64,000 nucleotides of DNA from Eledone cirrhosa (taxonomy: Eukaryota), in assembly GCA_964016885.1 (NCBI GenBank), contig OZ024741.1, positions 16,430,001 through 16,494,000 of the forward strand, written 5' to 3'. Under the pieces are notes generated by a model. It did no database searches and had not been told where the DNA came from. It saw only the letters and a program-made list of their open reading frames with translations. A program made the translations under genes and the position numbers. Positions 37,475 through 48,580 of the stretch are shown piece after piece (the first letter of the stretch is position 1; each line of letters starts with the position of its first letter).

Positions 37475-38633
37475 ATTACAGGGAAAAATGCGGGCGCATG
37501 TAAAGAAATATTCTTAAATTAATAAACCTAGAAAAGTAAAGGACAAGTTATTACACCTGGAAAAGTAAAGGACAAGAAAACTTCTTCTTAAAACTTCTTA
37601 AAATATTGCAGCTATAGTATAAATTTGAATAATAAAAAATATTTGATTTAAATATACATAGAAAGTGATAAATTCTAATAATACAGTTGACTCTCTAATT
37701 GATAATAATACTAATTTATGATCATTTATTTAATTTTGTGATCCTAATTTACACCATAGTGGTTGGGTCATTAAATAAATATACTTTATTTTACTTTACT
37801 AAATGGGACTGAAAAAATTAGTGACAATTATAAACATCAAATAAAACAAAATTTTGGCGTGTAAATGACACTAACAATTAATTAATAATTAATTAGGGAG
37901 CCAACTGTAATGATAAATAATAACAAATTATAATTGTTTAATAATGAAATTTAAGACCTGTCAGAGATCAAAATTACAATTAAAAATTAAACATTGTCTA
38001 ATTCAACAGTTCATCTAATGAATTGATGAATTCACTATAATTGATTGATTCACTATAAATGAATAATTGATGAATTGACTTTTACCTAATTTTGCCCCTT
38101 GAGATGTTGAATTTTACTATATTATAAAAAAAATCTGTAATACTCATAAAAAGTGCAATTATATGATGCACTGTTTTTGATTTATTTTACTGCATTATTT
38201 TATAACTAAATTTTTAAAAATATAATTTGATTAAGAGTGAAAATTTTTAAATATCTTATAACATAAATTAATAAATTGTACATATTAATTATTATTATTA
38301 TTAATTAATTATTGTACAAATTATTGTACAAATTATTGTACAAATTTTATTTTAAAAAGATTAATTTGTATACACCAAGAAAAAAATTAAGTATACAGTA
38401 GTCAACTCTCCCTATAAGACAGTCATTTTTCCAGTCCTTTAAAGTGATATTTTTTTAACAATTAACTTATAATTATTTATTTTTAGTTTTATAATCTAAC
38501 TATTTTTTTCAAATTTAGACTTTAGCTGCAATATTTTAAGAAGTTTTAAGAAGAAGTTTTCTTGTCCTTTACTTTTCTAGGTTTATTAATTTAAGAATAT
38601 TTCTTTACATGCGCCCGCATTTTTCCCTGTAAT
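37475..38633. repeat. ~110-140 bp inverted repeats around a ~900 bp very AT-rich spacer
   Basis: 37475-37614 is the reverse complement of 38523-38633. The left arm has an extra internal ~29 bp duplication. Confidence 0.9.
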
Positions 38634-38754
38634 CCACTTTTTTTCCAGGCAATGCAAGGATATTATATTAATATTAATAAAAATATTTATCAACAAATAA
38701 GTTAAATAATAATAATAAATAATAATGAATAGGAAGAAGTACAGATAGGCAAAG

Positions 38755-38827
38755 TAATCAGGGTGGGAATCGAACCCACGACCTTCGGATTGCCGGTCCG
38801 TTGCTCTACCGACTGAGCTACCTGACC
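38755..38827 (-). tRNA. tRNA-like sequence (GGC anticodon position), probably element-borne or a pseudogene
   Basis: 73 nt cloverleaf: GGTCAGG TA GCTC AGTCGGTA GAGC A ACGGA CCGGCAA TCCGA AGGTC GTGGG TTCGATT CCCAC CCTGATT A. A and B boxes are intact, but it has C33, two G-U acceptor pairs and an A-A mismatch. Confidence 0.6.
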
Positions 38828-39202
38828 ACAATTCACTATTGCACAATCTATCACTATTTTAATGTATTAGAAATTAGAAACAAACTAAGCGTTACTTATG
38901 TATGTAGTTCCTTACACTCTTTTGGTCCTCACTTATTTTTATGTAACTTTTTTTCTACTGAACCAAATTTCAATATTTTTATGTCAAAAAGTAGCTTATC
39001 TGGGGTCCTATAAAGTGCAAAAAACTGCATCCAATTCTATCAAAAATTGAATTAGTGACAAAGCTTTGAAGGTGTCGCGAGTGACCGAAATGGGACCTTA
39101 AGAATATTATACACCTACTACTGTAGGTGTATGATATATATATATATATATATATTAGTGAAAAAGAACAAAGGAACTATTATGACATTATAACAAGTTT
39201 AT

Positions 39203-39249
39203 TGCCGACAGCCGTTTCGTCCGACCCCATGGTGGGACTTATCAAGGCA
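39203..39249 (-). ncRNA. Minimal hammerhead ribozyme, U3-A8 variant
   Basis: TGCC-TTGATAA-GTCC..GGAC-GAA-ACGGCTGT-C-GGCA on the minus strand. Confidence 0.75.
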
Positions 39250-39588
39250 TATAACATGTGATTGCAAGATCATTGTTTACATCAACGTATCACTCAAGGC
39301 TAGCAGTTTCAAATTGTGGTATACATCAGCAACTCCGCTTGTGTAGTTGGGGTCTATATTCTAAGGGGGCTCTTTTATAATAGTTGTCGGGGTCAGGGAT
39401 TGAAGTTTAAAAATTATTGTCTAATTTTTAAACTTCAATCCCTGACCCCGACAACTATTATAAAAGAGCCCCCTTAGAATATAGACCCCAACTACACAAG
39501 CGGAGTTGCTGATGTATACCACAATTTCAAACTGCTAGCCTTGAGTGATACGTTGATGTAAACAATGATCTTGCAATCACATGTTATA

Positions 39589-39635
39589 TGCCTTGATAAG
39601 TCCCACCATGGGGTTGGACGAAACGGCTGTCGGCA
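39589..39635 (+). ncRNA. Minimal hammerhead ribozyme, U3-A8 variant
   Basis: TGCC-TTGATAA-GTCC caccatggggtt GGAC-GAA-ACGGCTGT-C-GGCA: stems I and II are paired and the cleavage triplet is GUC. Confidence 0.75.
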
Positions 39636-39844
39636 ATAAACTTGTTATAATGTCATAATAGTTCCTTTGTTCTTTTTCACTAATATTTCTGCTCTGCGTA
39701 TACGCATAGAGCTTAACTAGCTACCGTCACATATTTGGTAAGTCAGACGTGATCATCGCGATTCACATACGACCTACCATACATCTTACTTATATATATA
39801 TATATATATATTTAAAAGAATAGAGGTGTAACACACAAGTTATG

Positions 39845-40212
39845 ATATATTGGTAAACGGAATAGAAAATGGTGACAAATTGTTCACAGTGAAAAATAGT
39901 TTAATTAGGAATAAGTGAGAATTAGTAATAGTATTGGTTAGTATTGAGTTTTGGTTTTTACCGGTTGCGCATTTCTAATGCTTTTCAAAAATAATTTTGA
40001 GATAGAGCGACTGCGATGTTTGCTCTGATCAGAGCAAACATCATGGACGCTCTATCTCAAAATTATTTTTGAAAAGCATTAGAAATGCGCAACCGGTAAA
40101 AACCAAAACTCAATACTAACCAATACTATTACTAATTCTCACTTATTCCTAATTAAACTATTTTTCACTGTGAACAATTTGTCAGCATTTTCTATTCCGT
40201 TTACCAATATAT
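39845..40212. repeat. Near-perfect 368 bp palindrome centred on TGATCA (~40026-40031)
   Basis: TTGGTAAACGGAATAGAAAATG.. is mirrored by ..CATTTTCTATTCCGTTTACCAA. Adjacent to (TA)n. Confidence 0.92.
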
Positions 40213-40222
40213 ATATATATAT

Positions 40223-41440
40223 AAGTGGTAACACAACAGTTAATTCACCATACCGAGAACAATTGTTTCACCTTAGCGGATCCTCAGCTCGTACTGGTCA
40301 TGGTCATACAGAAGAACAACCGTATGAACGCGCATGCGCAGAAACGGTCACTTCACCTAAGCAATTCAATGCCACGGGCGAAAGGTGTAAGGGAGATAAC
40401 TGCAAAAGTCCGAAAAGTAGTTCGAGTTGATAAGAAAATTAGAATGTTGTTGTTATTCAACCCGGAGCTTTGTAGTTATGTAAGAGGTGTTTCCAGACAT
40501 GTGGACAACGTGTGAATATTTCATTTCTTGAATTTAAGCAATCGCTATTGCGTAATCTCCTTAGAATATTTATCCGTTCATCAATACACAGTCCACAAGA
40601 TGGATTGTCTCTTGCGTATGGCTTGGACTTAGTGGTGGCTTTCCATTGAATGGAGTAGTCTATACATGAGTCCTTGAGGGACCATTCGTGGATGATCGTT
40701 TGTCCAGGTACCTAAAAGTCGACTGATGGTTCAGGAAACGTTCCTTAAATCGGCCCTCCACCATACCCACATATGATTTGACCTCCTGTGGTTATTTGGT
40801 CGGTTGGAAGTGACCACAGCTTCATAAACTACAGCGGGTGTGTTGCATTGCTGTTGAAGGGGACAAGCTTCAGGCTTTCGGCAAGAGCACCCTGGTCAGG
40901 TGCTGCTCTTAGGGCTGTTGCTGATGTGGACCTTCATATTCTTAACGCAGGAGTACCCTAGTTTTACCCTGTGTCTGTTAAAGATGGAGCGGTATTTGTG
41001 ACCTATGGGAAAGTGTCTATCTAAGAGGGCTAAAAATGTTTTCCTACATTAGTTTTAACGTTGAGTGAGAAGGGAGGAGAGAACCAGATAGTTTGTCTAT
41101 TGTTCTTATTGCTGTTGTTGTTAGCTAACGCCGTGTTATAGTAGGGTGCCGCCCTGTCAAAGATAGCCTTATTAGAGGAGAGGTTTGAGATCCTAGTACT
41201 GATATTCTTAATGAAGTTTATAAAAACAGTGGGAGGGTGGCACAAGTCCTTGTGAATGTAATTAAGTTTTTCGTTAAGCTTATGGAAGGGTCTAAAGGTA
41301 TGTGTGTGAAGGTCTAAATTAATGTCTAAGAAATCTAGGCTAGAGAGGTTGGTAGCTACTGTTATCCTAAGTCCTAACTCATTAAAGGTAGAAGTTAAGT
41401 CTTTTTTAAACCGGTCCAGGTCGTGACCACTTTTATGGCT
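40223..41440 (-). mobile_element. Decayed Penelope-like element (RT C-terminus, GIY-YIG endonuclease, 3' pLTR)
   Basis: HPP..ISTRISNLSS..YNTAL, WFSPPFSLNVKTNVGK, CSCRKPEACPLQQQCNTPAVVYEAVVTS..YVGMVEGRFKERF. A hammerhead lies at the 3' end. Confidence 0.85.
40254..40291 (-). ncRNA. Minimal hammerhead ribozyme in PLE 3' end
   Basis: CGAG-CTGAGGA-TCCgctaaGGT-GAA-ACAATTGT-T-CTCG, with palindromic stem III ACAAUUGU. Stem II is weak. Confidence 0.75.
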
Positions 41441-41444
41441 CGAT

Positions 41445-44110
41445 TAGGTGAGATTAGAGTTTGTTGGGATATGAATTTAGGGGTTAGCAATTGCGTTCAG
41501 TGAATATTTACTGCTGGGCCATAGTGCTTTCCCCCTCCTATTATAAATATGGTATTTTTATAAACAAAGTTTAAATTAATCCGTTTGTATTTATATAGAC
41601 GTTGGTGTTAAGACTATGGCAATTAATGATTTATCTGCTGTATTAGTAGTTATATCACTTTTCTTAAGATTGGGGTTAGGGCTGGGGTTATTGCTAGGAC
41701 GTCGGAGGTTTTTAGGGTGGGCTTAGGTTCGTTGGATTAAAGTTAGTCTTAATGTTCACGGACATATTTAGGGCATAAGTTTATTGTTAGTGTTTGTTGG
41801 GCTTTGAATTTAGGGGTTAAATCTTAAATTTAGTCAGTATTTATTGCTAGGGATTTGTACTCTCCCTTCTATCAAATATGTGGTATTTTTATAGACTAAA
41901 TTCAATGTGTTTGCAATTATACAGTAGTCAATGTTAAGATTGTAGAGCAATTAATGTTTTCTACTGCATTAGTTAGTAGTTATATCGCTTTTGTGGTAGT
42001 TGTGGTTATGTTATGGTTATTGCTAGGACATCGGAGGATTTTAGAGAAGTCCTAGGTTTGCTGGTTTATGGCTAGTGGCGATGTTTGCAGGGATTTGCAT
42101 TTAGGGGTTAGCTCCCCCTTCCATAATAAATATGGCATTTTTACAGAGATCGTGAGTGTGTGTCGGGGGGGGGGGGGGGTACGTATGTGTACACGTATAT
42201 CCAGCCAATTAACTTTAGGACGGGGAATTATCTCTTAAAACATACAGTTAAAAGGATTACTCTCCATTTCATTTAAAAATATTTGTTATTCCTAAATTTG
42301 ATTTCATACATTGGCAATTATAGATGTTATGGTTAGTGCTAGGACAGCGGGTGGCTTTAGGAGTTAGTTTAAACTTAAGGTTATGGTCTGTTTTGGTTTG
42401 CTGTTAAGGTTAGAATTAGCCTGACACAGAATTTGATTTGATACATGGGCAATTATATATGTTATGGTTATTTCTAGGACATTGGAGGCTATTAGAGCTT
42501 AGGTTTGCTGGTTAAAGTTAGACTTAATGTTTGTGGTCATGGTGAGGGTTTACGGTTAGCATTAGTGTTTGTTGTGTTTGAAATTAGGGGTTAGCTGTTA
42601 AATTTAAAGTCAATATTTAGTGCTAGGCTTTTGTGCTCCACCTTCTATTGTGTAAATAATATTTTTATAGACTAGATTTAATCTATTGTGTCTGTCTTTA
42701 TATAGAAGTTAGTGTTGAGGGTGCAGAACAATCAGTTGTGTTATCCGCTTCATTAATTAGTAGTTATATACCTTTCATTAGAATGTTTGGTACTCTTGTG
42801 TATATGTGTACAAAACTGTTTTAAAAAGATCATAGAAATTAACGGTTAAAGGGAGATTACTAGTATTTATGTTAGACTTGAGGCAACATTTATTTGATGC
42901 ATGGGACAATTATATATTTTATGGCTACTGCTAGGGTATCGGCAGAATTTAGGGCTTAGGGATGCGGTTTAGTCTTAATGTTCATGTATATAGAAGTTAG
43001 TGTTAAGAGTGCAGAACAATCAGTTGTATGTTTTCCGCTTCATTAATTAGTAGTTATATACCTTTCATTAGAATTACGGGTAGTCTTGTGTGTGTATATG
43101 TCTACAAAACTGTTTTAAAAAGATCATAGAAATTAACGGTTAAAGGAAGATTACTAATATAATTTTTAGATGCAAGCTTTTTGAGTTATCTTCCTTGCGC
43201 ATGGAATATAAAAATATGGAACATATTTGTTGATATTAAATTTAATTTAATATTTATTTGATGCATGGGACAATGATATATTTTATGGCTATTGCTAGGG
43301 TATCAGCAGAATTTAGGGCTTAGGGATGCTGGTTTAGTCTTAATGTTCATGGAAAGTTCAAGGTTAGCTTTAGAGTTTTGGGGGATATGAATTTAGGGGT
43401 TAGCAATTGCGTTCAGTGAATATTTTTGGCTGGGCCTTAGTGCTTCCCCCCTCCTATTATAAATATGGTATTTTAATAAACAAACTTTAAATCAATCCGT
43501 TTGTATTTATATAGACGTTAGTGTTAAGACTATGGCAATTAATGATTTATCTGCTGTATTATTCAGAAGTTATATCACTTATATTAAGATTGGGGTTAGG
43601 ACTGGGGTTATGTTATGGTTATTCTAGGACATCGGAGGATTTTAGGGTGGGCTTAGGTTTGTTATTTAAAGTTAGTCCTCATGTTCACGGACATGTTTAG
43701 GGTTTAAGCTTAGTGCCAGTGTTAGTTGGGGTTTCAATTTAGTGTTTAACTCTGAAGTTTAGTCACTATTTATTTTAGGTTTTTGTACTCTCCCCTCTAT
43801 TATAAATGTAGTGTTTTTATAGACTAAATTCAATGTGTTTGCAATTATACAGTAGTCAATGTTAAGATTGTATAGAAATTATTATGATTTCTACTGCATT
43901 AGTTAGTAGTTATATCTCTTTTGTGGTAGTTGTGGTTATGTTATGTTAATTGCTAGGAGATCGGAGGATTTTAGAGCGGTTCTAGGTTTACTGGTTTATG
44001 GTTAGTGTTAATGTTTGCCAGGGTTTACATTTAGGAGTTAGCTGTTTACTGCTAGGTTTTAGTGCTCCCCCTTCTATAATAAATATGATATTTTTACAGA
44101 GATGGTGTGT
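41445..44110. repeat. G/T-skewed region with diverged internal duplications
   Basis: ~41462-42150 matches ~43372-44110, and ~42700-42985 matches ~42990-43350. Many scattered TTAGGG/GGTTAG words. Confidence 0.75.
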
Positions 44111-44611
44111 GTCACTCCAATGTGGACTATCCCCACTGCCCCCCACCTAGTTATACTACTGACTATACAGTATTCCATTAAGGGTGAGCATGCTATCTGA
44201 GCTTTTTAGAGATTTAACACTTTTTAGGAAGTGATGTATTTTCTGACTCTAAAGAGAAATATCAATCTTTGGAATGTAGTTTTCCACTGTTAAAATTGTA
44301 GGAGGTGTCATAATAACATACAGCATGTCTTGGGCATTTTAAGACATAGCAAAGCCCATCTTCTGTTCGAGTTTGATCACAGCAGATTTCTTCCAGGGAA
44401 GGATAAAGAATGAGAAGGATAGAAAGTGAGAGAAAGCAAGTGAGAAAGAAATATAGAAGAAGAATTGACCCCAGTACTAGACTGGTATTTTTCTGTCACC
44501 CTCGATGGGATTTGAATTCAGACAGCAGAAAGCCAGAAGGAATACTGCAAAACATTCTATCTTATATTCTAATGACTCTACCACAATTTTCTGCCTTAGA
44601 TGTGAAATTAC

Positions 44612-44962
44612 CAGGAGAGATTATCTGTGATTATGATGTATTTGTATAGGGGTTGTTGTTCAGGACTGGTTAGAATACAAAAACATTTCCTTGATATGAC
44701 CAGTGATTGTTGTCCTTGTACTGTTGAATGAGACGATATTGATATAACCCTATCATTGGAGAATGTCTTTGAAGTATCTCTTCCTATGAGCAGTGCAAAT
44801 TTGATACATGTCTGTTGTATGTGAATGATGCTTGCATGTGGAAAATTTATGGAGATGTGAAGATATGTGGCACCATTTGTATAAGAGCTGATGCTGTTGG
44901 AGATAATAGCTAATAAGTCATTGAAGAGCAGAAGTAAGAGTGTAAAGGAAGGGTATGATGAA
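44612..44962 (-). CDS. Candidate host coding exon (351 bp, phase 2-2), possibly PH-like
   Basis: Open frame bounded by TTGTTTAATAG| and TG|GTAATT. It contains LLLFNDLLAII and is non-repetitive. No homology was verified. Confidence 0.3.
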
Positions 44963-45114
44963 CTATTAAACAAAATAATGATCAAGGGAAGAGGAGTACC
45001 ATTTTATTCAAATTAAATGTATTTGTCATTTAAAAAAAAATGTTTTCAGACTTTATATATGGAGATACCATAATGTTTTAAGTCAGTAGGACCCTGTCTA
45101 CATTATCTTTAATA

Positions 45115-45600
45115 ATGGTTTCTAATTTAGGCACAAGGCCAACAATTTTGAGGGAGAGGAAAGTTGATTAAATTGAACCCAGTGCATTACTGGTACTTTA
45201 TATTATGGACTTCGTAAGGATGAAGAGTAAATCTAACCTCAGCGGGATTTGAACTCAGAATGTAAAATGACATAACTATATGCCACAAAGTATGTTGTCT
45301 GGCACTCTACTGGTACTACCAATCCATTGCCCTAATGATAATAACAACTATTATAATAATTAATTGTTTCTATTTTTGGCACAAGGCCAGCAATTACCCA
45401 GTACATTACTAGTACTTTATTTTATCGACTCCGTAAGGATGAAAGACAAAGTTAACCTCGGTTAACTATTATAATAATTAATTGTTTCTACTTTTGGCAC
45501 AAGGCCAGCAATTATCCCAGTGTATTACTGGTACTTTATTTTATCGACCCCGTAAGGATGAAAGGCAAAGTTAACCTCGGCGGGATTTGAACTCAGATCA
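45115..45600 (-). mobile_element. Three consecutive SINE family A copies (one near full, two truncated in tandem)
   Basis: Copies at ~45115-45335, 45360-45460 and 45480-45600. The last two share the AACTATTATAATAATTAATTGTTTCTA flank. Confidence 0.85.
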
Positions 45601-45704
45601 TTATAACAATTAATGATAGCAGTTATGATCAACCATAAAACAATATCTTAAGTGCATAAGGTTGCAAAAGACTTAATCTAGTCCTGTGTAGAAAACATAA
45701 CTTT

Positions 45705-47285
45705 ACCCTGAGGTACACCAGAGTTGACTGAGTGTGGGTGAGAGAGTGAGGGGGTGGGGCACCATTAGCTGATGTTGCTATGGGGCTATTGGACATATAA
45801 GTTCCTATCCAAACGTTTCTTATGTTGGACACAATTGAATATTTTACTGATGTCAAGTGCTGCCACATTATTTTCATCAAATTTCTGTAGAGAGAGGACC
45901 TATTGGTGAGTGTCACAGACCTGGGGGAGAGGACCTATTGGTGAGTGTCACAGACCTGGGGGAGAGGACCTATTGGTGAGTGTCACAGACCTGGGGGAGA
46001 GGACCTATTGGTGAGTGTCACAGACCTGGGAGAGGGGACCTATTGGTGAGTGTCACAGACCTGGGGGAGAGGACCTATTGGTGAGTGTCACAGACCTGGG
46101 GGAGAGGACCTATTGGTGAGTGTCACAGACCTGGGAGAGGGGACCTATTGGTGAGTGTCACAGACCTGGGGGAGAGGACCTATTGGTGAGTGTCACAGAC
46201 CTGGGAGAGGGGACCTATTGGTGAGTGTCACAGACCTGGGAGAGGGGACCTATTGGTGAGTGTCACAGACCTGGGGGAGAGGACCTATTGGTGAGTGTCA
46301 CAGACCTGGGGGAGAGGACCTAGTGGTGAGTGTCACAGACCTGGGGGAGAGGACCTATTGGTGAGTGTCACAGACCTGGGAGAGGGGACCTATTGGTGAG
46401 TGTCACAGACCTGGGGGAGAGGACCTATTGGTGAGTGTCACAGACCTGGGAGAGAGGACCTATTGGTGAGTGTCACAGACCTGGGAGAGGGGACCTATTG
46501 GTGAGTGTCACAGACCTGGGAGAGAGGACCTAGTGGTGAGTGTCACAGACCTGGGAGAGAGGACCTATTGGTGAGTGTCACAGACCTGGGAGAGGGGACC
46601 TATTGGTGAGTGTCACAGACCTGGGAGAGAGGACCTAGTGGTGAGTGTCACAGACCTGGGAGAGGGGACCTATTGGTGAGTGTCACAGACCTGGGAGAGA
46701 GGACCTATTGGTGAGTGTCACAGACCTGGGGGAGAGGACCTATTGGTGAGTGTCACAGACCTGGGAGAGAGGACCTAGTGGTGAGTGTCACAGACCTGGG
46801 AGAGGGGACCTATTGGTGAGTGTCACAGACCTGGGAGAGAGGACCTATTGGTGAGTGTCACAGACCTGGGGGAGAGGACCTAGTGGTGAGTGTCACAGAC
46901 CTGGGAGAGGGGACCTAGTGGTGAGTGTCACAGACCTGGGGGAGAGGACCTAGTGGTGAGTGTCACAGACCTGGGAGAGGGGACCTAGTGGTGAGTGTCA
47001 CAGACCTGGGGGAGAGGACCTATTGGTGAGTGTCACAGACCTGGGAGAGGGGACCTATTGGTGAGTGTCACAGACCTGGGAGAGGGGACCTATTGGTGAG
47101 TGTCACAGACCTGGGAGAGGGGACCTATTGGTGAGTGTCACAGACCTGGGGGAGGGGACCTAGTGGTGAGTGTCACAGACCTGGAGTCCAGTAGATTTGG
47201 CTTTTCAGAAGTGGAAGGTCATGTTGGTAGTCATTGATGATGGGGAAGGATTCAAAATATTGGTGAAGGCTAATGACTCTCTATC
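45705..47285 (-). pseudogene. Decayed LINE reverse transcriptase split by a minisatellite
   Basis: 47185-47280 reads YFESFPIINDYQH..F*KAKSTG. 45705-45895 reads LQKFDENNVAALDISKIFNCVQH..SVNSGVPQG. Confidence 0.7.
45892..47184. repeat. 35 bp minisatellite (~37 units)
   Basis: Unit GGACCTATTGGTGAGTGTCACAGACCTGGGRGAGR, period 35 (45901, 45936, 45971). Confidence 0.97.
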
Positions 47286-47336
47286 ACCTAATTGGTGCTA
47301 GTGGGGAGACATACTGGTGTAGAGTGATGTACACAC

Positions 47337-47380
<44 letters not shown>

Positions 47381-47782
47381 TGTTAGAGGGATATATTGAC
47401 ATGACAGAAACATTAGACTGTAGAAAAATATATCATGAATTTTAGCCTGAATATAATAAATATTGAAAAATGAGAGGTATTTCTTTAGAGTAGTGGAGTA
47501 AACATGATTTCTAACTTCAGCACAAAGCCACAATCTTTGGAGACGAGAGCTGTAAATTACATCAAAATCAACATTAGACTGGCACTTAATTTATCTACAC
47601 TGGAAACATAAAAGTTAAAGTAGTCAACTCACAACTGGCTTTGAATTGAAAACAAAGACATACAATGAATTACCACAAGGTATTTGGTTCACTGTTCTCC
47701 TGATTCTGCCAATTCACAAATATTGTTATATTGGCACTAAAACACAATGCTCTGAAAGTGTAAGGATAAACAGAAACATAAT

Positions 47783-48012
47783 TTAACCATTTCAATTCCA
47801 ACTTACCTGAGACTGCCCATGATTCTAATTGTATTTTTAAAGTTATAAACTTCCTTTAAGATTTCATGTAAGAACTTTTTAAGTTATTTGCCAAACACAA
47901 GTTTACTAATAGCAAAGTTAGTTATTTTACTAAATCTATCTAAAGTTATGGTTATTTTCAAAGTTCTTTGAAATAGTACATTTTATTAAAAATATGGTAA
48001 TGAAATGGTTAA
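47783..48012. mobile_element. TTAA-flanked MITE (piggyBac-like)
   Basis: TTAA-CCATTTCA ... TGAAATGG-TTAA. Confidence 0.65.
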
Positions 48013-48580
48013 GAAAATAAGTGTTATATAATTCTGAAATTCTGACTTTTAACAAATTATTTTACATTGGTTTTAACAATGAGTATTCCATTTTTTCTCA
48101 TCAATGTAACTAGTGATTCATTGTATTATAGTGCAACTAAGATTTCCTCAGACACTTTGACCATTTATGTAACCCTCAGGCAGATTTAGTGTGATACTGT
48201 GTGGGACAAAGACTGATTCTTTTATTTATAGGTTAAGTCCATCCCATAGGTAAATTTTGACAATTCAATTCATTTATTTATATGCTAATACAAAGAAAAT
48301 CATACACAGTTTCCATCTGCCCAATTTCTCTCAGAAAGCTTGAATGAAATCAAAGCTAAGCAAGGAGAAACTTGCTCTATATGTCACAAAGAGGGATCAA
48401 GCCTGGGTCATAATTGTTACAAAAATGATCTACCTGGCAAATTGACCAACATTGTGCCATATGTTGACATAAAATATATAGGAGACTATACTATATTTTG
48501 ATATGAAATCATGTAGATTAGTAGTTAGGATGTTGAACTCACAATAGTAAGGTTGTGAATTCAATTTATACACACACAGT

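Larger units (their letters stand above)
39152..39790. mobile_element. Palindromic PLE pLTR-like element (~265 bp arms, centre 39417-39421)
   Basis: 39152-39416 mirrors 39422-39686 almost perfectly. The right arm continues ~100 bp to (TA)n. Confidence 0.9.

Noticed and set aside
40020-40065. CTGATCAGAGC..GCTC as a hammerhead at the palindrome centre
   Set aside because: The core has C at position 8 and no GAAA or stem III follows.
45892-47184. CRISPR-like 35 bp array
   Set aside because: It is a head-to-tail minisatellite without spacers.
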